Counted from the stretch's first letter, positions 36,014 to 46,997 are shown. The stretch is 55,628 nucleotides of DNA from a virus (IMGVR_UViG_3300049846_001678:1-55628); one strand, 5' to 3'. Numbers and translations: made by a program. The notes: generated from the letters alone by a model not told the origin.

Positions 36014-36207
36014 TCGCTTATAGAGTGCGGCGCTATCTGCTTCGTGAATGGATACGGGCAGCAAGGGAAACGAAGGGCGCAGTAACTTGGTCGGAGTACC
36101 TTAGTTATCCAATAAAGCATAGATACCTGTTACACTATGAGTTAACAGCGTTAATCGAGGAAATGGAAGATTCCTACGCTGTAGAAAAGCAGAAGGCAGG
36201 TATTTAG
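35941..36207 (+). CDS. Tail assembly chaperone -1 frameshift extension (GT-like, about 190 aa fusion)
   Basis: -1 frame is open from the slippery site to stop 36207; no good RBS for GTG 36025. Confidence 0.7.
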   Translation, partial: GSQFRSESRRAGRDIRDTEEREGLVAYRVRRYLLREWIRAARETKGAVTWSEYLSYPIKHRYLLHYELTALIEEMEDSYAVEKQKAGI

Positions 36208-37931
36208 TGGCTGCAACAACCGTTTATGACCTAAAAGTACGCGTTACACTGAGCGACCAGGCCTCAAAAGGGGTGGCCGCTGTAGGCCGATCTGCGTCTC
36301 GGTCTGCTGTTGGCATCGCCTCGCTGACAAAATCCGTTCTAAGGCTGCGCAATATCCTGGCTGGTGGGCTGGCGGTAAAGGTATTTAAAGATAATATCAT
36401 TGATGCGGCGGCTGGTGTGGAACAGACCCAGACCGCCTTAGCAGGTATACTGCGTCTCCAATTCGGTGAGTCCCTTGGTAATAGTGTTAAAAAGGCGGGC
36501 GAGTTTGTACGCCAATTGAGCCAGGACGCCGAGAAGTCTACCGAGCCGATTGCGGAGTATGTGCACCTCGGAAAGACTTTATTGCCCACCCTGGCGCGTC
36601 AGAAGGTCGGTTTAAGCGACATTCGGGAAATTGTCAGCGGGACCGCAACCGCTGCGAAGGCTTTGGGATTGGAGACGGAAGAGGCGGGGGCGCAGCTAAA
36701 CCGAGCCTTCTCCGGTAAGGCCGGTCGTGGTGACCAATTGACCCAGCAGCTATTGGCTTCTGTCGGGGTTAGTCAGAAGCAGTTCAATAAGCTCATGCAG
36801 GTTAACTCAAAGCGAGGTATTGAGATCCTGCGCCGAGGCCTTCTGCATCCTGCCTTCGCCGAGGTAGCCGCACTTCAAGACCAGACATTTAACGGTGTTG
36901 TCTCTAATATAAAGGCCGTATTTCAGAATTTCTTCGTCAAGGTCGGTGGCCCTTTTATAAAAGTTTTTGCAGTAGAACTACAAAAAGTTGTTACTTATTT
37001 TGAACAGAATCAAACCAAAATAACACAATTTGCGCACGACTTTACATCAACGCTTATTCGTGGGTTAGATGTTGCAGCTAAGGTGTTCTCTTTTATTGCT
37101 GAACACAAAGACCTATTAATGGCCTTGGCTAAAGCAGCGTTGATAACAAAAGTTGCAGGGGGGCTGGCTAACACAGTCGGCGGATTTGCGGGAACTTCCG
37201 ATAAGGGCCTGTTAGGTGCCGTTAATGGAATAACTAAACAACTGGCCAGGGGAATAATAATTCTTGGTTTTGTAGATGCAGCCGCGAATGCCGTGGCCGA
37301 TATCGTACTCGCCGGACGCGATAAGGAATTGGCAGCAAAATCTCGGGGTGCCGGGTTGGCCTCCCAGTTTGGTGATTTCCGTCGGCGGGGAGTGGCCGCT
37401 ACGGCCGACGAGATGCGGTCTGCAAAAGCCCTGGGGGTAACAACAGAAGCTCTGCGAGCGAAAAACTTATTAAAAACAGCGCGTAGTGAGGGTGTGGTTG
37501 GTGGCGCTCTGGGTACAGACTTTAAGGCCGCGGCGGCTGTTCAGATGTTCGGTGTCCAGGAAATCGATTCTCGTGCGGCAGCCGTCTTGGCGAGCGCGAA
37601 ATCTGTTGAAGACTTTGGGCTTCTGGTCCGTCAGCAATGGGAAAACCTCGGTGGTACGGGCGATAAACTACTACAATTCTCCGAGGGTTTATCCAAGGCT
37701 ATTGCTCTGCAAAACGAGTTCGGTTTGAACTTAAACTACGTTCCGACAATGCCAGGTACGAAGCAGGGGGAGCGGAAAGATAGTGGTGGTCCGCCCCGTA
37801 TCAGCGTAAACATAAACCGGGTTGAGGTTACGTCCGACGACCCAGACCGCTTTGCCTTTAATATGGTCAACGCCTTCCAGGCTTACACTAAAAGTCCGGG
37901 GCAGGCATCCAATGCGACAAGGCCTGGATAA
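36207..37931 (+). CDS. Tape measure protein
   Basis: Ala/Gly/Leu-rich helical; TFNGVVSNIK; synteny. Confidence 0.88.
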   Translation: MAATTVYDLKVRVTLSDQASKGVAAVGRSASRSAVGIASLTKSVLRLRNILAGGLAVKVFKDNIIDAAAGVEQTQTALAGILRLQFGESLGNSVKKAGEFVRQLSQDAEKSTEPIAEYVHLGKTLLPTLARQKVGLSDIREIVSGTATAAKALGLETEEAGAQLNRAFSGKAGRGDQLTQQLLASVGVSQKQFNKLMQVNSKRGIEILRRGLLHPAFAEVAALQDQTFNGVVSNIKAVFQNFFVKVGGPFIKVFAVELQKVVTYFEQNQTKITQFAHDFTSTLIRGLDVAAKVFSFIAEHKDLLMALAKAALITKVAGGLANTVGGFAGTSDKGLLGAVNGITKQLARGIIILGFVDAAANAVADIVLAGRDKELAAKSRGAGLASQFGDFRRRGVAATADEMRSAKALGVTTEALRAKNLLKTARSEGVVGGALGTDFKAAAAVQMFGVQEIDSRAAAVLASAKSVEDFGLLVRQQWENLGGTGDKLLQFSEGLSKAIALQNEFGLNLNYVPTMPGTKQGERKDSGGPPRISVNINRVEVTSDDPDRFAFNMVNAFQAYTKSPGQASNATRPG

Positions 37932-39022
37932 TGGGAAAGTTTGTTATTCAAGAAAACGCCGTCGGTAAGAATCTTGTAGGCAATAACGCACAGCCTATCA
38001 AGATCGAATTCGAGGTTTCAAAAAAGAGCATGCCGGTTGCTCCTTGGTCTTTTGGTATTCAACAAAGGACAGCGCGCACGGACTACCCAGGGTCACAAGT
38101 TCCTACAGAACAGATCCTCGGATGGAACTTCACTCCGTTTACATTGTCTGGCCGTTTAGATGATCGCTACAACAGTCCGGGTTATGCGATGGAGACACAA
38201 CGCCTCATTGAGCTTCTCGTTCAAAGAGGCAACCCCACAACGTTCTCCTGGGCCGCTGACGGTGCGGGAGAGATTTTAACTATTGATGGAATAGCCGTTG
38301 AAGCGAATTTCGATGTTCGTCGTCAATGGGATATCGGGTATTCAATAACCGTTTCTCCGCACATTCGCAGTAAAGAAACGACCATTATCGCGTTACCTTT
38401 CGAGCAACCAAAGAGCGCCTCACAGTACCAAAAAGACTTACAAGAAAAGTTAGCACAACTCCAGTCCCTTTCAGAAACGGCTGCGGAACTGGATACAACA
38501 CTTCTGACTAAGGGCAGACGTTTCGCGGATGTTGTAGACCAGCTGAAGGACCTCAAACGGGGAATCGAAGAAATTGTGTTCGCGATTCAGATCGGGGGCA
38601 CGGGAAGCGTTCCTGAACTTGCTCTAACCGTATTAAACGTTAGTAATCGATTCTTCGATGTGGCAAAGGTCGGTGCCAATTTGTCCGACTTACTGAAAGA
38701 TGCAAACAGTAACGACGACCTGATGTATATAACAAATGCAGCGAAGGCAATGGACTATGACTTCTGGGCAAAAGAGACCGCCTTTGTTGCTCGTTCGATG
38801 ATTTTCTTTGGTATCGATAACGCGACAACGCTTAAGAAGCAAGCCGAACCGGATGCGAAACGGCTGTATAGACCGAAAGCCGGGGAATCACTATATGGCA
38901 TTTCTAATCGTTTCTATGGGAATCCGCATAGTTGGAATGTAATTGCAGAACGCAATAAACTGTCCGATTTTATTCTAACAGGTGATGAGTTGTTAGTTAT
39001 TCCGGATGTAGCGAGGCGCTAA
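37931..39022 (+). CDS. Tail tube initiator with C-terminal LysM domain
   Basis: GESLYGISNRFYGNPHSWNVIAERN...L.IP. Confidence 0.8.
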   Translation: MGKFVIQENAVGKNLVGNNAQPIKIEFEVSKKSMPVAPWSFGIQQRTARTDYPGSQVPTEQILGWNFTPFTLSGRLDDRYNSPGYAMETQRLIELLVQRGNPTTFSWAADGAGEILTIDGIAVEANFDVRRQWDIGYSITVSPHIRSKETTIIALPFEQPKSASQYQKDLQEKLAQLQSLSETAAELDTTLLTKGRRFADVVDQLKDLKRGIEEIVFAIQIGGTGSVPELALTVLNVSNRFFDVAKVGANLSDLLKDANSNDDLMYITNAAKAMDYDFWAKETAFVARSMIFFGIDNATTLKKQAEPDAKRLYRPKAGESLYGISNRFYGNPHSWNVIAERNKLSDFILTGDELLVIPDVARR

Positions 39023-40395
39023 TGCCAACGACTAGTGCCGCAGCGCCTCAGCTAACAAACGAAACGAAAGACAAAAACAGGGTTTACTACCCCGCCGCAC
39101 AAGCATTCTTTGTCGTCGCCTTTGAGAACTACGATTTAAAAAACCCGGACCGTGGTCGTGGTTTTACAATCATTCCAAAACGCTTCACCATACACATCAA
39201 CAGTTATCACAAAGCGGACGAATTTGAGATTGTATGCGACGCCGATCGGTTCCCCGTTACACCAGAATCCGTTCGGGCCGGGGGTGTAGAAATAAGGTTG
39301 TTTCAAACCGAGGGCCTGGATGAGCAGCAGCGAGACCCGAGGTTCTTTCAAGTGGATGGGGTACGGCCTACGATAACTGGCCTTTTCGACGACCTGTCGT
39401 TGTCCTTTTCCGACACCGGACGCGAAGTGCGTGCCACCGGCAAAGACTATACCGCACTGTTTGTGGCAAAAGACTATGATAGAAAAACTAGGGTTTCGGC
39501 CGGTAAAACACTGGATGTCGCGCTCACCCAGCTCATGAAGGCTGTTCCAGGGGCAGAGGAGATGCGCGTTACAGTAGAATCGGACGAAGGCATGCCGGTA
39601 CTGGGACGCGACGATGGTGCCGTTAATCGGAAATACGTTCGCCTAAACGGGAAGACCTACTGGGATGTAATGTATGAACTCGCGGATCGGTACGGATTTA
39701 AGATATTTGTGCGCGGTTTAGAGGTTATCGTGACTAAACCGCACTACTATGAAAGTTTACGGAGCGACCCGTATTCCCTTTCGTGGGGCGACAATATCTT
39801 TTCGATCGAAGCCAGTAGAAAAATGGCCAAGGAACGTGTTCCTGTCGTGAGGGTTCGATCATACGATTCAAAGAAGAGAATCACACACTTCGGCGAATTT
39901 CCTAAAGACAAACAACAGGTTAGGGCACTTTCAACCGGCGGGGCCGACAATCCGGAAGTTGAAGTGCTGACGTTTACCTTGCCGGGTATTACAAGCAAAA
40001 AAGTACTTGAACGCGCCGCCCAGACATACCATAACTTAGTTGGACGGGGAGAACAGACGTTGGTTGTAGAGACTCGAGACTTGAGAGACTTAAACGGAAA
40101 GGACATGCTCCAACTGGATGTAGGAATGCCAGTTTCCATTTCCTTTAGACCGTATACACTAGACCTACTGGAAAATCTTCCCTTTGAAGAACGTGTTGGA
40201 AGATTGGTATCCTTGTACCAGTACCCCCAGGACGTTGCATCTAAGATATCCGAAGCTATAGAACGGACAAACTTCTTTAGACGACCAATGCGTGTAAAAG
40301 AGATTACTTATGACTGGGATGTTGAGTCCGGTTTGAACATTACCCTTGAGCTGCAAAACTATGTTAATGTTGATTTAGTTGAGAATAAAGAATGA
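39022..40395 (+). CDS. Baseplate hub protein (gpD/gp27-like)
   Basis: ADEFEI, GKDYTALF, TYWD...LA..YG, WGDNI; synteny. Confidence 0.78.
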   Translation: MPTTSAAAPQLTNETKDKNRVYYPAAQAFFVVAFENYDLKNPDRGRGFTIIPKRFTIHINSYHKADEFEIVCDADRFPVTPESVRAGGVEIRLFQTEGLDEQQRDPRFFQVDGVRPTITGLFDDLSLSFSDTGREVRATGKDYTALFVAKDYDRKTRVSAGKTLDVALTQLMKAVPGAEEMRVTVESDEGMPVLGRDDGAVNRKYVRLNGKTYWDVMYELADRYGFKIFVRGLEVIVTKPHYYESLRSDPYSLSWGDNIFSIEASRKMAKERVPVVRVRSYDSKKRITHFGEFPKDKQQVRALSTGGADNPEVEVLTFTLPGITSKKVLERAAQTYHNLVGRGEQTLVVETRDLRDLNGKDMLQLDVGMPVSISFRPYTLDLLENLPFEERVGRLVSLYQYPQDVASKISEAIERTNFFRRPMRVKEITYDWDVESGLNITLELQNYVNVDLVENKE

Positions 40396-41015
40396 AAACT
40401 CGGCGACGAACACGACTACCCTCTGGGTCCAGGGGGCTTGACTTAACGGCGATGAAAGAGGCGCTGAAGGACGGGCGTTGTTGGTCCTGTTTCGGTATCG
40501 TCCGTGCTAGTGAAGACGGGAGCGTATTCGAAATTGCCGGGGATGACGTCTTGGTTGAAGTGGAATTGCAACCGAATGAAGAGCGCATAACGGCCCGCTT
40601 GGGGTCGGTGGCGGGGGGACCTGGACGTGGCGTTTGGGCCGTGCCTCCGGAGGGCACGGAAGTGGCCGTTTTGGTACCGGACGGAGACCCGGCTTTTATG
40701 CCAGTTATCGTTGCCACACTTACTTCCGGGGAGACTCCGGCGGATTTGGATGAAACAACTGTCGTAATCGCTAATAATCTAGGCGATATAGCGGTTATAC
40801 CGAGTGGTGATGTATCTTTAGGTGAGGCCGGGGCTACCGAGCAGGCTCTGCGTGGTAATAGCTTCCAAACAAAATTCAATACGTTAGTTACTGCCTATAA
40901 CGCTCATACGCACGCTATAGCAGGAGCAGTAGGAACGGCGTCCCCTCCGAACAATGCTAGTCCGACGTTCGCGTCAACAGCCGCAGAACTATCGCCGAAT
41001 GTGAGGGTGAAATAA
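40392..41015 (+). CDS. Baseplate central spike (gpV-like)
   Basis: OB-fold PPEGTEVAVL..DGD; C-terminal HTH (His-x-His) metal-binding tip. Confidence 0.82.
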   Translation: MKTRRRTRLPSGSRGLDLTAMKEALKDGRCWSCFGIVRASEDGSVFEIAGDDVLVEVELQPNEERITARLGSVAGGPGRGVWAVPPEGTEVAVLVPDGDPAFMPVIVATLTSGETPADLDETTVVIANNLGDIAVIPSGDVSLGEAGATEQALRGNSFQTKFNTLVTAYNAHTHAIAGAVGTASPPNNASPTFASTAAELSPNVRVK

Positions 41016-41512
41016 TGGCTTGGGGTAATGAAGTTTGGAATCAGTACGATTGGGGAAACGAAAGCCCGCTGCGTGTTGGTCCGCCGAATAATCGGTTCAC
41101 TCCAGGACAAGCTGCGCAGGCGCGCGTTCTCGGCAAGGACCTTTTTTTCGAGAACGATTATGATGTCACCCCTCACGGGGATTATGTGTTGATCGACGGG
41201 TTGCGTGCGTTGCGCCAGTCCATCTTGCATCGTATTATCACCCGGCAGGGGGAATTTAAAACCCGCCCGCAATACGGCGTCGGATTACGGGATTTCGTTA
41301 AGAAACCGATGAATCCTACCAATTTGGGTCTAATAAAGCGTAAAATTACCGAACAATTGGCGCGGGAACCAAGAATAGAAGAGGTGTTAGCGGTTATCGT
41401 ACAGCCGGAAGACACAACCCTTAAGGTTTCTGTGGCTATTCGTGCGGCAGGGAAAGCCCTAACGCTGCAGCCTTTTGTATTTGACGCGGTAGGGAATCCG
41501 ATTGGAGAATAA
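41015..41512 (+). CDS. Baseplate wedge gp25/gpW-like protein
   Basis: LRQSI..RI.T..GE...RPQYGVGL, EPRIEEV. Confidence 0.88.
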   Translation: MAWGNEVWNQYDWGNESPLRVGPPNNRFTPGQAAQARVLGKDLFFENDYDVTPHGDYVLIDGLRALRQSILHRIITRQGEFKTRPQYGVGLRDFVKKPMNPTNLGLIKRKITEQLAREPRIEEVLAVIVQPEDTTLKVSVAIRAAGKALTLQPFVFDAVGNPIGE

Positions 41513-41516
41513 GTAA

Positions 41517-42605
41517 ATGGCTACACCCAGTTTTGATGATTTGTATAATTTAGGTAAGGCCGAGATGCTCCTGCGGCGACCCGATTTGTTTATCAATGAA
41601 GGTGACGTATCGGATGTAATCTTAAATGCCGCCGCTGCGATGGCGGATAAGGCTATAGGGGAGTCCGTCGCTAATCTTAGAAAGACATTTCTGGATACGG
41701 CCAGTGGGGATGATCTCACAACATTGGTACAAGATCACTTTAATCTCATTCGTGCTCCAGCGACCCTAGCCTTCGGCGCACTAGCTTTTACTAGAACATC
41801 CGGGCCGCTCTTAGCGGGGACCATTCCCGCAGGGACGGTTGTGGCAACATCCTTCGACGCAAACGGAAAGCGTGTCGAGGTAACGACTGACGCGGCTATA
41901 GCCTGGATAGCGGCAGAAACTGGGACAAAAACAGTAGAGGCGACATGTACGGTAACCGGCCCCGAAGGTAACGTTGCGGCAAATACCTTAGTAAATATAA
42001 TCAGTAACCTGTTTGATACAACCTTTACGGTAACAAATTTGGCAGTATTTGCGGGAGGAAACGACGAGGAGCCGGATTCAGATTTACGCAATAGGGCAAA
42101 GAACTATTCGTCCACCCTTCGTCGAGGAACCCTTGCCGCGCTAGAGTTTGGTGCCCTCCAAGTTCCTGAAGCCAGAAATGCAACGGCTGTGGAAGAGACA
42201 CTATCCGGTTTGGTAACGGTTTATGTTTCAGATGAAAATGGAAACAGTAACGCACAGCTTATATCGGACGTCGAAGATGAACTAGAAAACTGGCGCTGTG
42301 CCGGTACTGTCGTTGACGTACAGGGGGGCGTACTTGTTACACAGAATATCAGTATCACTGTCGGCGCACGAATCGGATTCGATCTCGATGCTGTTAAACC
42401 CGACATCGAGGCAGCTATCGAAGAGTCAATAAACAAACTAAAGATCGGTGACGATCTCTATCACGACCTCATTCAGTCTGCCGTTCGGGCTATCGATCCG
42501 GAGAATATTGTTTCTGTAACAGTCGTTACTCCCGCCGCTAATCCGGCGGTTGTCGCGGCAAATCAAATTGTCAAAGCCGGGACAATTACAATAAACGGGG
42601 TATAA
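41517..42605 (+). CDS. Baseplate J-like protein
   Basis: FLDTASGDDL, IPAGTVV, GPEGNV, GGNDEEPDSDLRNR, RGTLAALE. Confidence 0.93.
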   Translation: MATPSFDDLYNLGKAEMLLRRPDLFINEGDVSDVILNAAAAMADKAIGESVANLRKTFLDTASGDDLTTLVQDHFNLIRAPATLAFGALAFTRTSGPLLAGTIPAGTVVATSFDANGKRVEVTTDAAIAWIAAETGTKTVEATCTVTGPEGNVAANTLVNIISNLFDTTFTVTNLAVFAGGNDEEPDSDLRNRAKNYSSTLRRGTLAALEFGALQVPEARNATAVEETLSGLVTVYVSDENGNSNAQLISDVEDELENWRCAGTVVDVQGGVLVTQNISITVGARIGFDLDAVKPDIEAAIEESINKLKIGDDLYHDLIQSAVRAIDPENIVSVTVVTPAANPAVVAANQIVKAGTITINGV

Positions 42606-42606
42606 T

Positions 42607-43458
42607 ATGGCGTTGACGGTTGAGGAACAGAAGTTTGTTGATTGGGTTAAGAAAATTATCCCACGGCACTACTTTTCTATTCCTCGGGCAGAGGAGATAG
42701 TCGGCTCGTTTGCAAAAATGTTTGGGGCAGTGCACGAATTCGATGTGGAGCGGTTTGAACAGGCTCTTATTTCAACGGCCACAGACCTCCCCCCGGACTT
42801 TTTAGATCTTCATGCGCGTGACAGAAACTCCATGAGGTCTAATGGAGAGGCTGATAATGCGCTGCGCACACGCCTGTCGGCCGTTCTCGACGCCATTACT
42901 AAACCCGCCCTGCTGGACGCCATCGACGACATACTGGAGGCGGCCAGTGTAACCGGTTCGGCGGCTATGGTGGAATTAAGAAAAGATCGAGCCTTTTTTC
43001 TAACAAACGTGGCCATGTCGGGGACAGGTGGGACTTTTACACTTGTTTCTGGGAGCACCTACAAGTTTACTCCGACCGTTGCCTTTACCGAACCCCCGGA
43101 TATCACGGACAATATTATTTTTTCTGGGGCAGCAAATGCCGGTAATAATGGGACTTTTGCTATAACGGAATTAATCGGGGCCGCCGCGTCGTATATCAAC
43201 GTGAGTGGTGTAGCCGGGGCAGACGCGACTGTTTCTTGGTCTACACAGCGTAAGAGTCTTCAAGGGTACAGTATTGAGGGGTTCAAAGACGCCTATCACT
43301 CGAGGGGATATAGAATGACGGCAGGTTTAAAGCCTAGTATAATCATTATATTGCCGTATGGTAGCACTGCCTCAGTAGAGGCGGCTGTCCGGGCGATGTT
43401 AGTTTTAAGAAAGGGAGCCGGCGTTTTCACTCTTGTCGAACGTCGTTTGAATCCATAA
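42607..43458 (+). CDS. Baseplate wedge (gpI-like) protein with beta-rich insertion
   Basis: LDLHARD...GEADNALRTR, KGAGV end; follows J; likely ATG at 42607. Confidence 0.65.
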   Translation: MALTVEEQKFVDWVKKIIPRHYFSIPRAEEIVGSFAKMFGAVHEFDVERFEQALISTATDLPPDFLDLHARDRNSMRSNGEADNALRTRLSAVLDAITKPALLDAIDDILEAASVTGSAAMVELRKDRAFFLTNVAMSGTGGTFTLVSGSTYKFTPTVAFTEPPDITDNIIFSGAANAGNNGTFAITELIGAAASYINVSGVAGADATVSWSTQRKSLQGYSIEGFKDAYHSRGYRMTAGLKPSIIIILPYGSTASVEAAVRAMLVLRKGAGVFTLVERRLNP

Positions 43459-43467
43459 GGAGAAGTC

Positions 43468-44568
43468 ATGGCAATCGGTGAAGGGTTAGTTCTATTTAAT
43501 AATGGTGAAGGTTTAGACTATACCGATCTAAATAATATTGGTGAGCATTTATCGCATCGGATAGAGGATAAACTTCTTTATACAGGCCCTAATCAAGCAT
43601 TTATTAGCACAACATCCTTTGAAGACGGTTGGAATGACGGATCTATTTTGCAGGGAAGATGTTTTTCTTTTGGTGGGTTGGCCGGTGGTTTTGTAGTAAC
43701 AGGCGCTACAACATTCCGACTATTACCTGGAATTATTGGTCAATGGAAATCTTCCGGAGCAATAGCCGAAAATGTAAATAACTTTTTGACGTACCAGGTC
43801 GATAAAAACGAATATACAGGGTCTATTACACTACCTGTAACACTGACGCGGTACGATACGATTCAGTTTAAAGTGGATTCTGTTAATGGCAGTTCTGAAT
43901 CCAGGGATTTTAAAGATGCTACAACCGGAGCTTTAACAACCTCGGTTATTAATAAGAAAAAAAACCGCGTTGCAACGTTCAACATAAAAACTGGAACAGA
44001 AGGCGGTGGTATTCCTACTGTTGACGCTGGTTATACGATGCTTGGGGTCATCAAAGCCTCTACATCAGCAATAACAGATCTCTATAGCACTGTTCTTCCA
44101 ATAAGAAACGGACTGCATCATTTCGATTCTATCGGGTCTAATTGCATTCTTTTGACCGGGACATCATATAGGGATTGGGGTGCAGCCGTCATAAACTCCG
44201 GAAACGAAGGTTTATTTTATCCCGGACCGTATTCAAGTGACTCACAGGCACGTGTTATTGAAATCGAACTGAACGCTGTACTGTATTCACCTACGATTCA
44301 ACTGATTCTGGCCTATAATAGTACTACATCGAACATTGTAACATTAACATCGGAATGGCCTCATGCGAACGGTGTGCAGGGAACACATAAATTTGATTTT
44401 CGTCCAGAAGCAGCAACTAGAGACTTCTCGGTTTGGGGAAGTGGATCGGATAGCCCAAAGGGTGCCCCGAACGCTACTTTAAGTACTTATAGACATTTGG
44501 CGCTGAGAATTGCCGGATCTGGTGGAACAAGTTTCATATCGTCTGTTCGTTGGTTTATTGGAAAATAA
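43468..44568 (+). CDS. Tail fibre/receptor-binding protein
   Basis: F.NGE.L...DLN start, RYDTI, GTEGGGIPTVDAGY; lower GC; follows baseplate. Confidence 0.7.
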   Translation: MAIGEGLVLFNNGEGLDYTDLNNIGEHLSHRIEDKLLYTGPNQAFISTTSFEDGWNDGSILQGRCFSFGGLAGGFVVTGATTFRLLPGIIGQWKSSGAIAENVNNFLTYQVDKNEYTGSITLPVTLTRYDTIQFKVDSVNGSSESRDFKDATTGALTTSVINKKKNRVATFNIKTGTEGGGIPTVDAGYTMLGVIKASTSAITDLYSTVLPIRNGLHHFDSIGSNCILLTGTSYRDWGAAVINSGNEGLFYPGPYSSDSQARVIEIELNAVLYSPTIQLILAYNSTTSNIVTLTSEWPHANGVQGTHKFDFRPEAATRDFSVWGSGSDSPKGAPNATLSTYRHLALRIAGSGGTSFISSVRWFIGK

Positions 44569-44852
44569 TGAGAAGCCGTTTTCACATAGACTGGAAAATG
44601 TGGGCGGTTATTGTCGCCCTCTTCGGTACGCTAGTTCCCTGGGTTTGGCAGGCAGCTAAATACCCAGATCGTTCTGAATTTGAAGCTGCAAAAATGGAGA
44701 TGAAAGACACAGAAAAGCGTGTCACTTCTGACGTTCAAAGGGTCCGTGAGGAAACCATTGAAATCAAGACAGACCTGAGGCACATTAAGGAATCGCAGGC
44801 TCGAATAGAACGTTTATTGGAAACAGTACTGAATCGTAGACTAGGCAAATAA
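44568..44852 (+). CDS. Single-TM coiled-coil protein (holin or i-spanin-like candidate)
   Basis: Basic N-terminus, one TM, long coiled coil. Confidence 0.55.
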   Translation: MRSRFHIDWKMWAVIVALFGTLVPWVWQAAKYPDRSEFEAAKMEMKDTEKRVTSDVQRVREETIEIKTDLRHIKESQARIERLLETVLNRRLGK

Positions 44853-44899
44853 CAATAGTTATAATTTTAACAGTTGGCACAGGGGATTAGGAAACATCT

Positions 44900-46447
44900 G
44901 TGGCTCGTACATTTCTAAGACAAGATACCCAGATCAGGAACTCCGACACTTACTCGGATAACGTCGCGCCGTCATTGGCGAACTTCCAGACGAACCCGAC
45001 CAATATCCAAGACGACCTAAACAACCTTAGGTCACAGGTTTCTAACCTGTTGGATAACCAGGTCGGTAATTGGTACGACGATTTGAATACACCCGCCGGC
45101 GGCACGCAGCGTGGTGTAAATGACCTCAATACCGACCTAAACGATATTGAGAACAAAAAGCTTATCTGTCCGGTACAGGTACTAACAAACGTAACTGTTC
45201 CTGGCGGACAAAACTATGTCGTATTGTCACAGGCATCTTCGGAGACTCCTACCAATACCGCAGCCGTTACGAGTACCGCCCTCGGCGCCATCGTTGCCGT
45301 GTTGGGTGGGGATGTCGGTGCGCACGCCACGACACTGGTCGCTGGAACTAACGCTCTTAATCCGAAAAACTTGGTTTGGATTAGAAACGCAACGACCAAG
45401 GATGCCATTACATCTGGCGGGCAAGAGGTTTTCGGTCTATTGCAAGCCGAGTCCGGAACGACCGACGGCGAGGCATTCAACGATACTGATACGCAAGTTC
45501 AAATCTCGTTCGTCAAGAACGGCGGCTCCGATACGCTCGTAGCTGTTCCAGTAGCTGACATCGAAAACAAGGTTATCGAGTACATGTATCCGAACAGGAT
45601 CAAATTCGATAACATTCCGGAAGATTGTACGTTTCCGCTCATCAAATGGGCTGACCAGGTTTCTGCCATCGCCGACGTCACGCGTCAACATGCGTACGAT
45701 AACCAAGGTACAACGGCCGTCAATCTTCTGACGAACGCGACGTTAGACCTAGAGGGTGCCGGTCTTATCTGGGCCATCCGAGACGATTTGGAAGCAAACC
45801 TCTTCCGAATCATCGAGGGTAGCGCTGGCGGTACTTCTCAGGTTCACCTGGGCAGCGATGTCGATGTATTCAACGTCGATGCGATCGATAACGATTTTGC
45901 AAACGCTGTGAAGGTGGCCACGGGTGGGCAGCAAATCAATATCGGCGTAACCGCTGGTACCATTTCGTCGGATACGGCGGAAGATTTGCGTATTCTCGGT
46001 ACAGCCGAGCTGTACTTAGATGACGGTAACCAGACTGGTTCGACGTGGGCTCAAACGAGCGGTATTAAACTCTCCGACACTACGGCAGAGTGGGATCTGT
46101 TTGAGACTAACTTCGGCGAGGTTTCTCTCTTAAGCGCTATTAATCAGGCCTATGCCTCGAGTAACATCACAAAAACGTACGCTAACGTCACTTCGACGAC
46201 TACAGCAGATACGAATGTCGGTGGGGTGGGTGGCGGGGCGAATCTCGACGCCCAGTTGCCAGACTTGAGTCTCGGCAGTTTCCTTGTCGACTATGATGTC
46301 TACTTGAACGGTGACTTATTGCGGCCGGGGGCTAACTCCGGTGCGAATAATGACTACTATCCGGGAACGTCTCTCGTTAACGGTCAATTGAAGTTTGAGT
46401 TTACAGTAAAGGTGAATGACGTTATCTGCGTTGTTGCCCGCGCCTAA
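44900..46447 (+). CDS. Putative structural fibre/adaptor protein
   Basis: N-terminal coiled coil; T/N/D/G-rich; C-terminal VYLNG beta module. Confidence 0.65.
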   Translation: MARTFLRQDTQIRNSDTYSDNVAPSLANFQTNPTNIQDDLNNLRSQVSNLLDNQVGNWYDDLNTPAGGTQRGVNDLNTDLNDIENKKLICPVQVLTNVTVPGGQNYVVLSQASSETPTNTAAVTSTALGAIVAVLGGDVGAHATTLVAGTNALNPKNLVWIRNATTKDAITSGGQEVFGLLQAESGTTDGEAFNDTDTQVQISFVKNGGSDTLVAVPVADIENKVIEYMYPNRIKFDNIPEDCTFPLIKWADQVSAIADVTRQHAYDNQGTTAVNLLTNATLDLEGAGLIWAIRDDLEANLFRIIEGSAGGTSQVHLGSDVDVFNVDAIDNDFANAVKVATGGQQINIGVTAGTISSDTAEDLRILGTAELYLDDGNQTGSTWAQTSGIKLSDTTAEWDLFETNFGEVSLLSAINQAYASSNITKTYANVTSTTTADTNVGGVGGGANLDAQLPDLSLGSFLVDYDVYLNGDLLRPGANSGANNDYYPGTSLVNGQLKFEFTVKVNDVICVVARA

Positions 46448-46478
46448 TCTCAAATAACCCTAAGCACAGGAGGGTCGC

Positions 46479-46997
46479 TTGAGTATCGAAAAATCCGAAT
46501 TAAAACAACTAGTTTGCCAAGAAATCGGTGTCAAACTTGACGACCTTCTTGAAGGGGTTGAAAAAACCAAACTCCTTCAGGAAGGCGGCAAATTGGCACT
46601 GCGGCAGCTTTCCTCGGCGTTGCAGGGCCTTGCGGCTCTTGCCGATAAAGAGCTGACAGATGGGGTATTAGACGACTTAAAGACCTTAGAGCATGTTAAA
46701 CGTTATATTACGCGCGCTGCGACGGCATCAGAGAATATGGCCCGTCATTACGAAAACCTAGAGATTGCGGCGGGCGGCGGCTCAAGTCTGGCTCAAAAGG
46801 CCGTTCGGGTTGTTAAACAGTTGCACGACGAAGAGGCTAACAAGGCCGCCCAGTTACGTGCTATGATATCCCAAGAAGAATTAATAACAAGACGTCCCCT
46901 CGGTGCCAGACCAGGGAAGTCCGTTGCTGCTCGGAGAAAGGCTGAGGATAAAAAGAAATGCCGAGAACCCCAGACAGAGACCCCGGCACAAGACTAG
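46479..46997 (+). CDS. Helical hypothetical protein (possible assembly chaperone)
   Basis: AGGAGG RBS with TTG start. Confidence 0.65.
   Translation: MSIEKSELKQLVCQEIGVKLDDLLEGVEKTKLLQEGGKLALRQLSSALQGLAALADKELTDGVLDDLKTLEHVKRYITRAATASENMARHYENLEIAAGGGSSLAQKAVRVVKQLHDEEANKAAQLRAMISQEELITRRPLGARPGKSVAARRKAEDKKKCREPQTETPAQD

Noticed and set aside
33598-44568. Extracellular contractile injection system or tailocin
   Set aside because: Capsid, portal, terminase and replication genes are present, so this is a complete phage
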